A stretch of DNA of 64,000 nt from Glycera tridactyla (Eukaryota), in assembly GCA_965644265.1 (NCBI GenBank), contig OZ286459.1, positions 59,644,001-59,708,000 on the forward strand, written 5' to 3'. Positions 12,220 through 24,950 of the stretch are shown here, one piece after another (position 1 is the stretch's first letter; the number at the start of each line of letters is the position of its first letter). Below the pieces are notes generated by a model, which saw nothing but the letters and a program-made list of their open reading frames with translations, made no database searches and had not been told where the DNA came from. A program made the position numbers and the translations under genes.

Positions 12220-15200
12220 TACATCAAATTTCCTCAGAAAACACGTCAAACGTGATAAATTCATTCGTAAGATTGGCTTCCACGTGGTTCCGAAAGATGC
12301 GCAGATGCTTGAAAATCGTCCTCTGCGCATGTTGTTGACATCTCGTGACTGCGTTAACCTCACTCATGAAACGTTTATTGATCGCTATTTTTCGATTATC
12401 ATACTAGAAAGATGACAAACTCAATGTAAATGGTCGATGATGAGGCCATTTCCGAAAAATATATTCGTTTGAAGGTAGAAAACTTGTCTACTGCGCACTA
12501 TGAACAGATGTGAGCCCCATGAAAGCCTGTCGCTGATTGGTTGATTTTGCCGGAATTCGGGATTCAGCCAATCAGGGATCGCGACAGATATCTGTCGGTT
12601 CTTCCTCATCTCCAGCTTCAAAGATGGCGATTTAACTTGTGAAACTGACGAAACTCGGCAGAGAAGTTGGCAAATATAATTCGTTATCGCGACTGCTATC
12701 TGGCTGAAGTATGCGCAGAAAAGCCCGCCCGAAAAAGACGTGTAACTTTGAGATCCACCCGCCTGACTGCGATTTCGGCACGCCCGGGACGTTTGGGAGG
12801 CGATCTCTTTGCGCCCTGAATACACTCAGATAGATGTGTCCCCCTTCGACAAGCGGCGTGCATGCGAGCTTTTTGTGCATTTATGCCTTGTTCTGATTGG
12901 GCTAGGGGCTAGTCTTGCTCCTGAAATTAATCCTAGCCAGGGTAGAGCCCTGCCATGTAAGAGTGCAGCCCCCCAAACCCCTGGTCCATATTGTTGTTGG
13001 TAGATACTGCAGCATGTGAGCTGTGAACATTGGTAGGTCTTTATCAAAATGCCATTGATTCAGAAAATGTTGTTCAAAACAGTGACTGTGGGAGTTGGAG
13101 TCCTAGTTGCTCAGAAACGAAGCATGTGCAAATATTGGGACACACTCTGAAAATTACCACTTGCACTACTCACTAGATACTGTAGAAGGAATCGTGGAAT
13201 TTATCAATGATAGGAGAGTCATACCGTGTGAAATCAATCACTTTCCAGGAATCTTCCCGCTCAACCATCTCCAATCTGCTTCTTATTTTTTTTTCCCTGG
13301 GAGCCTCTATGGTCTAATTGAAAAGTGCAAAATCTTTTGTCTGTACTCCTAATAGTTTCTGAGATACAGCCTCTCGAAAAAAGGGGGCGTGGCACCTATT
13401 TACCAAAGAAACGTCATTAAATGAGCTTTTTGGTGACTTTGGAGGGAATTGTGGAATTTATCAATGATAGGATCTACATTTCCTGATTGGTACCGAGTTG
13501 AATCATGCTGACAGATAAATAAGTCTCTTAATAATAGAACATGGGTCTTCATTATGCATTGCATTCATGCAGGGTTTTGATAACCTTGCACTCTACCGTA
13601 TCTCTCCCTCCCATGGGACTGTCCATGTGTATGAATGCAACATAGGGTGGAGAATGAAAGTCAATGTTGTAGTGCCATCACTGTGCAGCAACATATTGAC
13701 CAATCATCCAGTGTGTGTATTCATCATTAGGCTCAGTGCTCGTAAACAAACAGTGGGTAGTGTCAATGGATTGACGCTTGAGTCAGAGCTGCTTTGGATC
13801 ATCCAGCTCGGGCTGTACATTAACTTTTCTCTACAGCTGTCCTTCAGGAAGTTGAGATAGGGTTTCCATCTGTCCTCCCCAACAATTCTACCACCTTCCT
13901 GCATATAATTATTGACTAGATAATGGTGATGTATCTGCCCATCGGTCAGGTGGGCTGATGAAATTACCCCAACCCATCTGCCTGTTTGTGCCAGTAGGGC
14001 GGCAATTAGCATAGAGCCCTGTAGCTGATTAGTACTTCAATGACAGTGATATAATGTTTATTATGACTCTCCATGATGGTTGAAATGTCCCAATAATTTC
14101 ATATCCCATGATTACTATACATGCTGCCTTGTCGATAGTAGAAAGAATTGTCCCAGGGCTTTATGTTGTGGGTTACCCTCCTTGCTTGAATGGCAAATTT
14201 ATATCAAGGATATTTGTTTACTTCAAGAGGGTGGGAACATCTACTGTTTGACAAATCCATCTAAACTCACTTTCCCATTTGGCAACTCAGCTTAAAACCT
14301 CTGTGTGAAGCCCTATGTCTGCTCAGATACCTTTTCATTTGCACATCTGAATTCATGTTCTCATATAGAATCATGCATACTCGACTGACATACGGTACAT
14401 TCTGTACTTAATCCTGTGGGGTGCATTCAGTTTTGTTCTGAATGTAAGAGCATGGTTAGTGAATAAATCTGTTATAATGATAAGCTTTTTTTTTAATGGT
14501 ACATGTGCTGACATGTGAACAGATTGAGAATATCATTTGAAGAATTTCAACAATAAGAGCAGGATATTTGTAACCCCTCTCCATTGTTTTGGGGGTAGGG
14601 TGAACACCCCACAACAGCTGGTGATCTACTTTCTCAGTGCCCCACACGTCGTCCCGGGACACATATTGTTCCACCCTTTATTAGTCTGTGCCCAATATTG
14701 GTGAACTTTGTACCACCTCCGCCCTCATCTGAGGTCAGCCTGTTGTGTCCCCATACTTGTGTCTGTATACCGGTACATATCAACCCTTCTCTCTATACGA
14801 TACTATGACTGCCAGGTATTTATTCCTCAGCATACTATACTGCTTATAGCTTCAGCATTCCGCCAATGCCAGCTCGATACATTGCTGATACAAACAGTTG
14901 AAATGCCATCGCTAAAACCAGACAATTTGATCATTTTTCAGATACCTTAGTATTTCACCCAGTCAAACACAGCACTGGGAAAAGCAATCAAAAAATGATC
15001 TTCCAATTTGCCATTTACCGGGATTATAGACTACTCTCTACATTTCTCTACGTTTTGATGACATCTAGGGCAGCCTTATCAGTTTCAAATCGCATGTATA
15101 CATGTACCCTGTTATCTTTGCTATAACATAGTGCATGAAGAGAGGAAGTCCAGTAGGCTGGTATATTTCCAACCTACACCCCCTTCAGAATTCAACCTGC

Positions 15201-15829
15201 CCCAGATATATATTAATTACATTTTCCACCTGTCCACTGGGCAGGTGAATATGAAGGTAACAGTGATCGCGTTAACGCAAAAAACTTGCGTCCCTACGCA
15301 ATTTTATTGGCAGGGACGTAAAAATAACATCCTGCTCTGCTTGCGTTTTTAGGACACAATTATCACTAGTCAGAGAGGAAGGGGGTAAACCAGAAGCAGC
15401 AGCAGGGTGGCCCATTATCAGCTGGTTAGTGGACACGGGTAGGCTGGGCTGCCATGGGAAGGAAGGGTGGGGGATGTTGGAGGTTGCAGTACTCATTCTA
15501 ACGGCATTCGGAATTTTCCCAGTTCATTCATATTCTGGATGCCTGATGTAGCTGTTCAGATCAGTTCCCATGATCAAGAAGCAATTTGTTATACGGCTAC
15601 ACAAAATATGACACATCAGAGGGACTTGGTGGATATGATTCAGATGGTGTGAACTTTGGCAGGGATATCATCTGTCCCTTGACCACTTTCTAGAGCCCAT
15701 GTTTTAGTACCTACCAGGTATATTGACCCAGTGACCTGACCCAGCACCCTGATTTGCTAGATGCCCTATAATGGTTCCATGTCTAATCTCAGTCTCATCT
15801 CTTGTTGGATAGACTGTACATTGGAAATC

Positions 15830-16066
15830 ATGGCTTCTCCAGGCCCAGATTCTGTTTCACCCAAACTACTGCCAAAATTGAAGGCGCAGCGATCATTCAT
15901 GAGAAGTTGGCTTCTAGAATTTTCCTGGCTTCAGTATGATGAAGTCAGTGGTATCTTATGCACCCTGTACATGAAACATGGCCAGAAAAATGTCTTCACA
16001 AGTGGATGCAATGACCTCCAGCATTCTTCATTAACTAGACACCAGCAAAGGAAACACCAGGCTTGA
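15830..16066 (+). pseudogene. hAT transposase relic: TTF-type zinc finger (ZNF862-like N-terminus)
   Basis: RSFMRSWLLEFSWLQYDEVSGILCTLY...VFTSGCNDLQHSSLTRHQQRKHQ follows the W..F.WL.Y...C..C...F..GC...L..H...H pattern; the second Cys is replaced and a stop follows; no downstream DDE region. Confidence 0.7.
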
Positions 16067-17399
16067 GTGTCAGCTTCCAGCCAGCTACATTATTCGGTTC
16101 ACCATGTTCATATCAGATAGTTGGAGGTGAGTCTGAACTGTCAGCAACTTCCACTCGACAACCTTTCAGGTTCCCTCAACCAAACACAACAAGTCACATC
16201 CAACAAGAGACAGAGATCAGTGCAGCTGTGAACCACTTCTATTCCGGTACTTGCACCAGTTACGCCCAAAAGTATGTGCCAGTGTCATGTACTTTGTGTC
16301 AATGTCATTCATCATTTCTGTTGTCCTCCCTGAGATCAGTGGCTTGGTAGAATGAGGCACTTGAGGCAATCTTTATATTAGTTGTTGATGAAAGAAAGCA
16401 TGGCAAGCCCTGTATGTCTAACAGCACTGATCATGTCTACCTCATCAGGGCGAGGAGAGATAGCCCGGGGCAGGTAGATTTTACAGGTGGGCAGGTGGAA
16501 AATGACCTTAAATGACTTGCATATATAAGCAGGGCAGGTGGATTTTCCAGGGCGCAGGTGGATTTTCATGATGTCTTCTCGCACTGCTCATGGAAAAAGA
16601 CATAGATCTGTAGAAATCTTGTGTGGTTCACCAAAAAATTAACTACCAGCAAGCTTTCTGTTTTAGTCGACTATCAGCGATATTTTTGAACTGTCATGAA
16701 TATTTTCACTCTCTGAAAAAACAATAATTATCTGTTTATAGCTGTTGAAATAAATGAATAAAAGGACAATATAATATACATAGGATTTGTCTTGATAATC
16801 ACCTATTTCATTCTCATGGGATGACACGCTATTATACCACACATTTGTAATGGGACCCCAAAATCTGAGTGGGGACCCCATTTTGGCAATGGGCTGGGGT
16901 GCCGGGACCCCACTTGACAAATTCCTAGCGCGACCACTGAGGTAACATGCCCACATTGGAAAGTACCTGCCCCTGAGAATAGATGGAACTCATGAAGTGA
17001 TTTTCCTCATCACTGGCATTCGGTAATGGGTGTACGTCCGGGGATCTTGTTCTGCTTGTGTACAGCTGAGTGATGATACTGATTATATTGATGCTGGTGG
17101 TGGTAGATCAATAATGAGTTGTTGTATTGAATCATATCATCCTATGCCATTGAGCGCAGCTTGCTCGTTAGTGGTATCCATCGATGCTCTTGCTATATTT
17201 GGCGCTTGACGCATATCAGCTCTCCAGCACAGGTCACAAACGATGAATTGACTGCTAGGGCAGACATTTTCATCGACATTCCTGCATTATTGGCAGGTCC
17301 ATGACCATAAATCTCCACCTGGACCTTTCATGCCAAGTATTTTAGTTTATGATCATTCTCACCCATCCATCCTTCGTTCAGATACACCTGCCCACCACA

Positions 17400-17950
17400 G
17401 GGATCATGATCGACCGCGGCCTCGTGCCATTGTCGCATCAAATGAACGAAACCCGCATGTTTTTTGCAGCGTGCGCCGGCCTGGGTGCATGAAAATCACA
17501 CAATCTGGCATGAAAACGTCTGAAACTCACTGAAACTGGCGAAAATCCGAACCAAATCGGTCAATTTGGTGATATTTCGCGGTAAAAAGAGATGTTTAGT
17601 CGTCTTCATCTTCCAAAATTTCAAGATGGCACCCAAATCCAGCGCGGACTCTCGCGATTGCGAGAGTATGATGAGATTTCGGCCTGTCTAGTTCCCGGAC
17701 CAACCGTTAGATGTCGAATTTGTAGGCGCGCCACACTCCGCCATCTGATGGCTTGGACGGGAACCAGACTAATAAGGCACGTGATGAGGCCAAGATGGCG
17801 GGAGGCTCTCGAATGGTTATACCTGCCGAGTGCTTTTATCACGTTTATGGCGAGAATATCGCAATTTCCTCAAAAACAACCATGGATTACGCAAGTGGAG
17901 TAATGTTTCGCGCATTTGGTACTATTTATTGATACCCGGCTGTATTTTTA
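17400..17950. promoter_or_regulatory. CpG-rich promoter candidate for MAPRE (possibly bidirectional)
   Basis: Local CpG enrichment 1.3 kb upstream of the first coding exon; palindrome ACTCTCGCGATTGCGAGAGT (17648-17667, contains a TCTCGCGA BANP-type core), E-box CACGTG (17778-17783), YY1-type CAAGATGGCG (17791-17800). The non-coding first exon could not be delimited. Confidence 0.65.
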
Positions 17951-18423
17951 GTGTTTCGGGAGCGATAGGGAATCGTGAAAAACATCGTTCAAGTGTAAAT
18001 GATTTGGGCACATAAAATCCCTGACAGGCGCATCAAATGTCAGCTGGTGCGCCCTTGGCGCACAATTTTTTTTTCCAAAATTATCTCTTCCACCAGGTAA
18101 ATTCACATGCTTCGGGCAGATTGGTGACTGTCTCTTTTAACCTAGGATCAATGAAAGACTGCTAGTTAAGATGAGAAAAGCAGGCTTCAGCTGTCCCAAG
18201 TACATGAATATTAATCGAGAAAGTCCCTGAAGAGACCTGTGATATTTTAGTGCTGTTTATGATATCCAGGGTGTTAGCCAGCCAAATCAGGGTGCCCAAT
18301 ATCTTCTGGAGTAAGAAAAATAGTACAGAGGGTAGTTTCTGAAGGTGGGAAAAATTATGTGGACTGCCTGTTTCAGCATTTCCTGAACTAATGTTACACT
18401 TTAAACCTGGAGACTTTATCTCA

Positions 18424-18567
18424 CAATAGAACCGGTATTCAGCAACCATCCTGGGGAAGCCAAAAAGTGGTTGCTTAATACAGGTGAATTATAGTAGTAA
18501 AGTACTCAAGTTGGAAATGAGAAAGTGGCTGCTGAAGACAGGTGATTGCTTGATACAGGTTCCACTG
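18424..18567. mobile_element. CAGT-type MITE (related partial copy at 8251-8335)
   Basis: AGAACC(G/T)GTATTCAGCAACCA...CAGGTTCCACTG-TA. Confidence 0.7.
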
Positions 18568-19228
18568 TATATCTTGCATCAATTTTTCAATGAACTTCAA
18601 GTGAACTTCAAGTGAAGACAAAATATCAGAAATGCTGAAAGTCTGTATCATTCCCTATTGATCCACTACAGCTAGCGATGGATTCAGATATAGGACCACG
18701 TTAAAATCAATGGGGGTATACTCCATCTGTTAGTTATTTATGGGTATTCTTGAAATGTATTTGCCATTCAGTCAAGTATGTTTTTATTCATTCATCCAGT
18801 CACAGATTTGCACCACTCAGGCTATAGGCAAGCCTTAAATTCATGCCCTGAAACCAGGAATAGGTTAACTGCCGGAGTACATGAGATGATGAAAATTGTG
18901 AACTGGACATGTTCGATTATGTTGCCAAGAGAAACTAGAATGTGTCAGTGCTCGAGACATGTTTGTGTGAGACTTATTTCAGCATCCCCCCCCCCCCCCC
19001 CATACACCTTTTCACTCCCTATCTGCCCCCAGCTCTGTCAGACAAGGGAAACCTTTTGACACTGATCAAGAGCCACCATTTGAGGTCGTGATTTCAGTAT
19101 ATCCAGTTACTTATTTTCCAGTGAGCAAGTCCCGATCTTGAATTTTATTTGTTGATTGTGCTTACACTTGAGAAGATGTATTAATCAAAAACATGATTTG
19201 TGTTTTTGTTTTCAGTTACTTATTCACA

Positions 19229-19349
19229 ATGGCAGTCAACGTATACAACACGAGTTCCACGGCGGAGAACATGAGCCGGCATGACATGCTCAACTGGGTT
19301 AATGACAGTTTATGTGCAAACTTCATCAAAATAGAAGATCTCAGTACAG
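19229..19349 (+). CDS. MAPRE1: EB1/MAPRE family protein, coding exon 1 ([41 protein letters not shown])
   Basis: Translation matches the EB1 N-terminus (MAVNVY...SRHDML.W.N); acceptor tttttgttttcag at 19215, donor ag|gtaaac; 121 coding nt, phase 1. The symbol denotes the family (single invertebrate EB gene), not strict 1:1 orthology. Confidence 0.97.
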
Positions 19350-19929
19350 GTAAACAATGTTCTTATGATGTATTCATGTGCTGAAGTCATTTGATCAATC
19401 AGAAATATTGCTGGTTTTTGTCTCCAGTGAATGGTAGAGTTTATTCAGTCATCTAGTGATTATTGGGTATGAATCTGTTTCACCCTTGGCTCGGCAGATG
19501 GTTTAAAAGTTATCGTAAATGCTGAGCACTCAGATGACTGATCTTTTTTTATTTCAAGAGGTTGGCAGCCTGGGGTGCCCCCTGCCACCTGTAGCAATAT
19601 CCGGTCTATTATGCATCCCTGGCGATGGCCAGTCTCACAGTCTGCCGGCTGTAATGACTTTTGCGTTAGTAAGAGACCTTGTATCTAATCCTAATCCATG
19701 GGACCAGGATCCTGATATTGAGTCCACTCGATACACTGTGGTGAGACATTCCTCATGTCACACATATATAGTGTTCCCATTTTTGTCTTATTTCCTGCTC
19801 GGTGAACCACACCTCACCTCACCCAGATCAAATTACAAATGTATCCAATATATTGCCTTGAACAAACATGCACAGCAAACATGTAACTTGCAATTGTTAG
19901 AAGTGTTGGAGGACTTGAATCCAGATAGA

Positions 19930-20470
19930 AGGGCTCTACATTAACTTTTTTCATCAGCTGTTCCTCGGGCAGGTGAAGTGTGATTTTACCTGCCCTCCCT
20001 GTCATTTTCACCTGCCCTCCTGCATATATTCATAGCCAAATAAATGGTGAACTACCTGCCCATCGGGCAGGCAGACTGATAAAATCACCTGCCCTAACAA
20101 CAAATCTGCCTGCCTGTGCTCTGCACTGAGGGTTGCCCTACTGGCACAGGCAGGCAGATTTATTGTTAGGGCAGGTGATTTCATCAGTGAGCCTGCCCTA
20201 TGGGTAGGTAATATGCAGGAGGGAAGGTGGAAATGACAGGGAGGGCAGGTAAAAATCATCGGGCAGGCAGACTGATAAAATCACCTGCCCTAACAACAAA
20301 TCTGCCTGCCTGTGCTCTACACTGAGGGTTGCCCTACTGGCACAGGCAGGCAGATTTATTGTTAGGGCAGGTGATTTCATCAGTGAGCCTGCCCTATGGG
20401 TAGGTAATATGCAGGAGGGAAGGTGGAAATGACAGGGAGGGCAGGTAAAAATCACACATCACCTGCCGAA
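19930..20470. repeat. ACCTGCCC/GGGCAGGT dispersed repeat family with a 196-bp tandem duplication (other copies at about 13920-14020, 15160-15260, 16447-16580, 27390-27500, 33370-33440, 36370-36520)
   Basis: Unit start CATCGGGCAGG at 20061 and 20257; each unit contains a 38-bp-arm inverted repeat. Confidence 0.8.
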
Positions 20471-21089
20471 GGACAGCTGAATTAAAAAATTATATAGAGC
20501 CCTACCTTTTCTTTGTGCCTCTTAGTACAAGTTTTCAGACATGTGGTGGCTGGGATAATCAACCCAAAAAATATCGAGCTCACAATGAACAAAATTATGC
20601 AAATGAATTCCCTGGCATCAAGTGTGGTATCCATGCATAAATCTAGAAAAATCCCTTGAATATTTGCCAAAAACAGTGGAAGTATCGGATGGCATCTTCA
20701 TCCACATGCACTGCCAATAAGTTGTATCTGGCCTCACAGGAATTTGAGGTTCTCCCACGATATCACTGTTAGCCTCACTTTGCGTCAGAGTCAAGTATCT
20801 TATATGTCTTAGCAAACGCATGGACATCTGATCTCTTTCTCAGCCAAATACTGACAAATTAGTGGACTCGACTATTTATAAAACTAGCCAAATTATTATG
20901 GATATCTGTTGAATAACCAAACCATGCTGTCTACAAGCCAAGGAAATAATGAGAGAGGCATGTGAAAATTCCACTTCACCGGCAACATCTAATGAAGCAA
21001 AGGATTCATTTCGAAGCCGACCGTGTGAGAAGCTCAAAGACAAGCCAGGCTTGGGTTATAATTGTAAATGCATGTCTCCTTTGTTTCAG

Positions 21090-21128
21090 GTGCTGCCTAC
21101 TGCCAGTTTATGGACATGTTATTTCCAG
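21090..21128 (+). CDS. MAPRE1: EB1/MAPRE coding exon 2 (GAAYCQFMDMLFP-G), 39 nt
   Basis: Invariant EB1 CH-domain motif GAAYCQFMDMLFPG; acceptor ctttgtttcag, donor ag|gtatag; phase 1 to 1. Confidence 0.97.
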
Positions 21129-21937
21129 GTATAGTATAGATTCTCATATTTATCTTTGCGCCTCATCGTGATATGATGTATTTTTCAAATTCAATGGTTA
21201 GAAATTTTGTTTGTGTGTCAGAGACAGTAAGTTGCTTGAATGTTGGCCTGTCACTGGCCTTGCTGGATGAGAGCCAGGTGTGTTTGTACAGGTCTTGTCC
21301 TGATCTGGGTTATATGTCACGGTAATTTGGTCCCCCAAAACTCATAGGAGGACAGTGACTCTTCATGCATCCTTTTTCAAGATTTTTTATATGTGGTTGA
21401 TCATGGCCCAATTCCAATGTCCAGGCTGCCCCTTCATATCCCTTTGGCTCACATGCACAGCAACTGTGGTTCTGTATATTGTAGAGATGATTACCAGCAC
21501 CATTTCAAAGTAATGATCAATTTTTTTCAACCAAAATTCAGGATCCTCTGATTTGATCATGGCAAGTACTGGCATCATTACTCCTGATCAGCCATGTATT
21601 GAACCATACATACATCATAACATGCATATTCGAGGATACCTGGATGACTTCATTATTAGAATAATTATTCATTCCCACCTCACAGGGCACTATATTGCTA
21701 CCTGTGTGTAGCTAATGGCTGCCAAATTTACCCTCTGGCTACCATCTTTTAGAAGTCAGGAGCTAGCCGCCCCTAAAATTTTGGGAGGTTGTAAATAGAA
21801 ATGTTATGACTGGCTACCAAAATTTTGCACTGGCTACCAACCATTTCAACTTAGGGGCCAGCTGGCTCCTACATATTTTGGCCTACATAGAGCCCTGCTT
21901 ATTATCTTGCCGAACTTCTACCATGTTTTTTTTTTTG

Positions 21938-21938
<1 letters not shown>

Positions 21939-21981
<43 letters not shown>
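21939..21981 (+). repeat. (TG)n microsatellite in MAPRE intron 2
   Basis: Uninterrupted TG run of about 43 nt. Confidence 0.95.
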
Positions 21982-21983
<2 letters not shown>

Positions 21984-22212
21984 ATTTGTTGATGTATATG
22001 TGCAGTTAAGCCAGATCCTTTTGGTTCTAATGGGCATACCTAGAAATGTCTCAAACTAAATGAGTGACGTGTATGTGGCCTTTTTGTATGTACAGTCAAA
22101 CCTCCTCTAACGACCACCTCCAGAGAGCAACCACCTCCTTTTGGTTCTAATGGGCATACCTAGAAATGTCTCAAACTAAATGAGTGACGTGTATGTGGCC
22201 TTTTTGTATATA

Positions 22213-23231
22213 CAGTCAAACCTCCTCTAACGACCACCTTTGACCGCGACCAACGTATTTTTGACTATAATTGTCTTCCATATAGCGACCACCTCCAACC
22301 TCCGACCAGCGACCGCCATGTTTGGTTCGTGGACCTCCTGATAACGACCACTCACGGTCGCTTGGCCAAACTCAAGACCGTGAAATCTGCTCAGATTCCG
22401 CTTACTCGCCTGTCAGATTAACTCACTTCCCCCGCCAACAAGCTGGCAGCGGCCGGTCTCCCTCCTTCAGCGAGCTATTGACCAAACTTGACACCGTAAA
22501 ATCTGCTCAGATTCCGCTTACTCGCCTGTCAGATGAACTCACTTCCCCCGCCAATAAGCTAGCAGCGACCCGTCTCCCTCCTCCAGCGACCTTCCGACCA
22601 AACTTGACACCGTGAAATCTGCTCAGATTCCGCTTACTCGCCTGTCAGATGAACTCACTTCCCCCGCCAACCAGCTAGCAGCGGCCGGTCTCCCTCCTTC
22701 AGCGACCGTCCGGCCACGAGCCTGTGATATGTGCTCAGATCAGCTCACTTGCTCACTTGCTCACTCCTCTCAAATCGTTACCATTTTTGATTTTAAATGA
22801 AAGTTCTTCAAATCATCTTTTCAGCTTGAAAGATCTCCTTCTAGAACCACTAAAATCGTCTTCATTTTCGAAAAGAGGGTGATAACACGAGTTTCTTTCG
22901 CACATTCAGGTATATTGCTTCTTTCTGATGCCACCATGGCCTCACTCTGTGTGCCTGATGAACGAATCTATCGCGTTGCTGGCGATCATGTCGATATTTC
23001 GTCAATTTTGGTTGTATTACAAGTGAATACAACTGACACACATCGATTTGGCGATATTTAGATACGAAACCGGGGTCATCTTTGGGTGGAGACGGAATGG
23101 TGAAAGTTGGTATCATGTTGTCATTTGTCGACCACAGAAGTGTATGAACGTACCTCTCTGTAGCGGCCACCTCCCAATAATGACCACTCTGGAGTGCGAC
23201 CGAGGGTCGTGGTTATATGGAGGTTTGACTG
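22213..23231. mobile_element. CAGTCAAACCTCC-terminus element, 1019 bp, TA TSD, with an internal 116-bp tandem repeat x3
   Basis: CAGTCAAACCTCC / GGAGGTTTGACTG; repeat anchors AAATCTGCTCAG at 22383, 22499, 22615. Confidence 0.85.
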
Positions 23232-24843
23232 TATTTATCTTATTATTCTTCAATTATTGAGTCAATATGTATTGGAGACAGAGTTTATGTTGCTACCTAC
23301 CTGCCAATGGTACCAAACTCGTGCTCTGGCTACCATATTTTAATAGTGAATTGCCTATGGTCCCTGAAATTTTGAGGTGATGTGATTGACAATGTTCTGA
23401 TAAGCTACCAATATTTGGCAATGACTACCAAAAATATCAGCTCAAAATATCTTGGTGAAAAGCACCTATGGTCAGGTTTTCAGGGTTTTCCGCTGTGAGC
23501 CAATCACATCCCTGAATGATCTGCTTTGAGCAATGATGGAGATTGTGAGTCATCGCCAGGTGTATGAAAGTTGGCAATTAAGCATTTCATCCTCAAGATA
23601 TGGTGGCCCAATTTTCTTTCTTTTTTCAAACGAACACTGGTGAATTTGTATATTGCTATGCATTTAGTCTAGAAAGAAGCAATTCCTTGGATATGCTGGG
23701 AATGGACACACAATGTGAATAATTATTTGCTGGCTCTTATCAGTTTTACAGTATGTAGATGGTCATCAATAGCTTGATACAATATATCTGTGAAGGTCAT
23801 CCATGTTTTGTCAGCACTGTCCTCCACCAGTTCTTGCATTGACTGGGTTTGTACGGACTTCAAATGTTCAGAAAACCATTATCCATACTAGAAATGTTCT
23901 GGACATAATTCTTTCCACAGTAATATTCCAGAAAAATCCTGGAATTATGAGAATTGTGTTTAGAAATTGCATCATTTCACTCAGATTATTGGCAAATACT
24001 TAAAGTGATTATTCAATAGAGTTCTGATAGACTGCAAAATGACCCTCGAGATGTGTGGCGCTGACGTCAAGCATGAGGTATTGTGAGCAGCACCATAATA
24101 GAGAATGTTAGTGGTGAGAACTACAAGGATGTGATTGATCCGCAGATTTCCGTGTATTTGTTCAGAAGTGCATATGACTTTATGCTGATTATTTTGGATT
24201 TTAGATCATAAAGATCGGACCAAAATTTATGGAGATAGAGCAGACTTTGCATGGGGTTTCTTGGTTCACGAAATCTTGTTGGAAATTGACCCTGGGGAGG
24301 TTTTCAGGCTTATTGGTTATTGGTCAATCACATCCCAGTCGCCTAATAGCTCCATAGCTAATGTTTTCTGTTTGTAAATGGAGCGACTTTGAATAAAATT
24401 CATCTTATCTTATCTTATCCCAGGAATTATCATCAACTGAGAATCACCTGTACTCATGCAGCAGTTGAAATGAGTACTGTACTATGATCAAATTCATCAA
24501 TTTCAATTTATTTTTCATGTTCTAAAAATTTGTTGAGTTATACAGGAAATGTCAAGAATATCTATGTATTGTTGATCATTATGGATGATATGAGAACTAT
24601 GTGGTTGGATGTAATATGACAATGTGTTTTTATCGCCAGTGGAGACCCTAGCTCTTTTCTGGGAGTACTTCCAGTGTTGGACTGCTTGCTGAGAGGCTAA
24701 AGAATAATACTGGAGGCATACCATGTATGCAGTGCTCAATGTTGTAATGATCTGACTGCTTAAGCGTGAAAACTGTGTTAAAGCTTCAGGATTCTTACAT
24801 GTATTCTTATTTGTTGTCATATTGAGTTGATCATTGCTTGCAG

Positions 24844-24950
24844 GGAGCATTGTTTTGAAGCGCATCAAATTCAACTCCAATCTCGAGCATGAATTCCTTT
24901 GTAATTTCAAGGCTCTACAGGGTGCCTTCAAGAAGATGGCGGTCGATAAG
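24844..24950 (+). CDS. MAPRE1: EB1/MAPRE coding exon 3a (G-SIVLKRIKFNSNLEHEFLCNFKALQGAFKKMAVDK), 107 nt, alternative
   Basis: Matches EB1 residues ~54-89; acceptor ttgcttgcag, donor aag|gtgaga; phase 1 to 0; no stops. Not in the ORF track as a + strand ORF. Confidence 0.95.

Noticed and set aside
11426-12338. 212-aa and 182-aa ORFs
   Set aside because: Built from a dispersed repeat, G-rich and CA simple repeats and a MITE; not protein-like.
17880-17930. Upstream ATG (AACCATGG) as an N-terminal extension of EB1
   Set aside because: No available GT donor joins it in frame with the ATG at 19229; at most a uORF.
22368-22715. CRISPR-like array
   Set aside because: 116-bp near-identical tandem units with no unique spacers, inside a TA-TSD transposon, in a eukaryotic genome.
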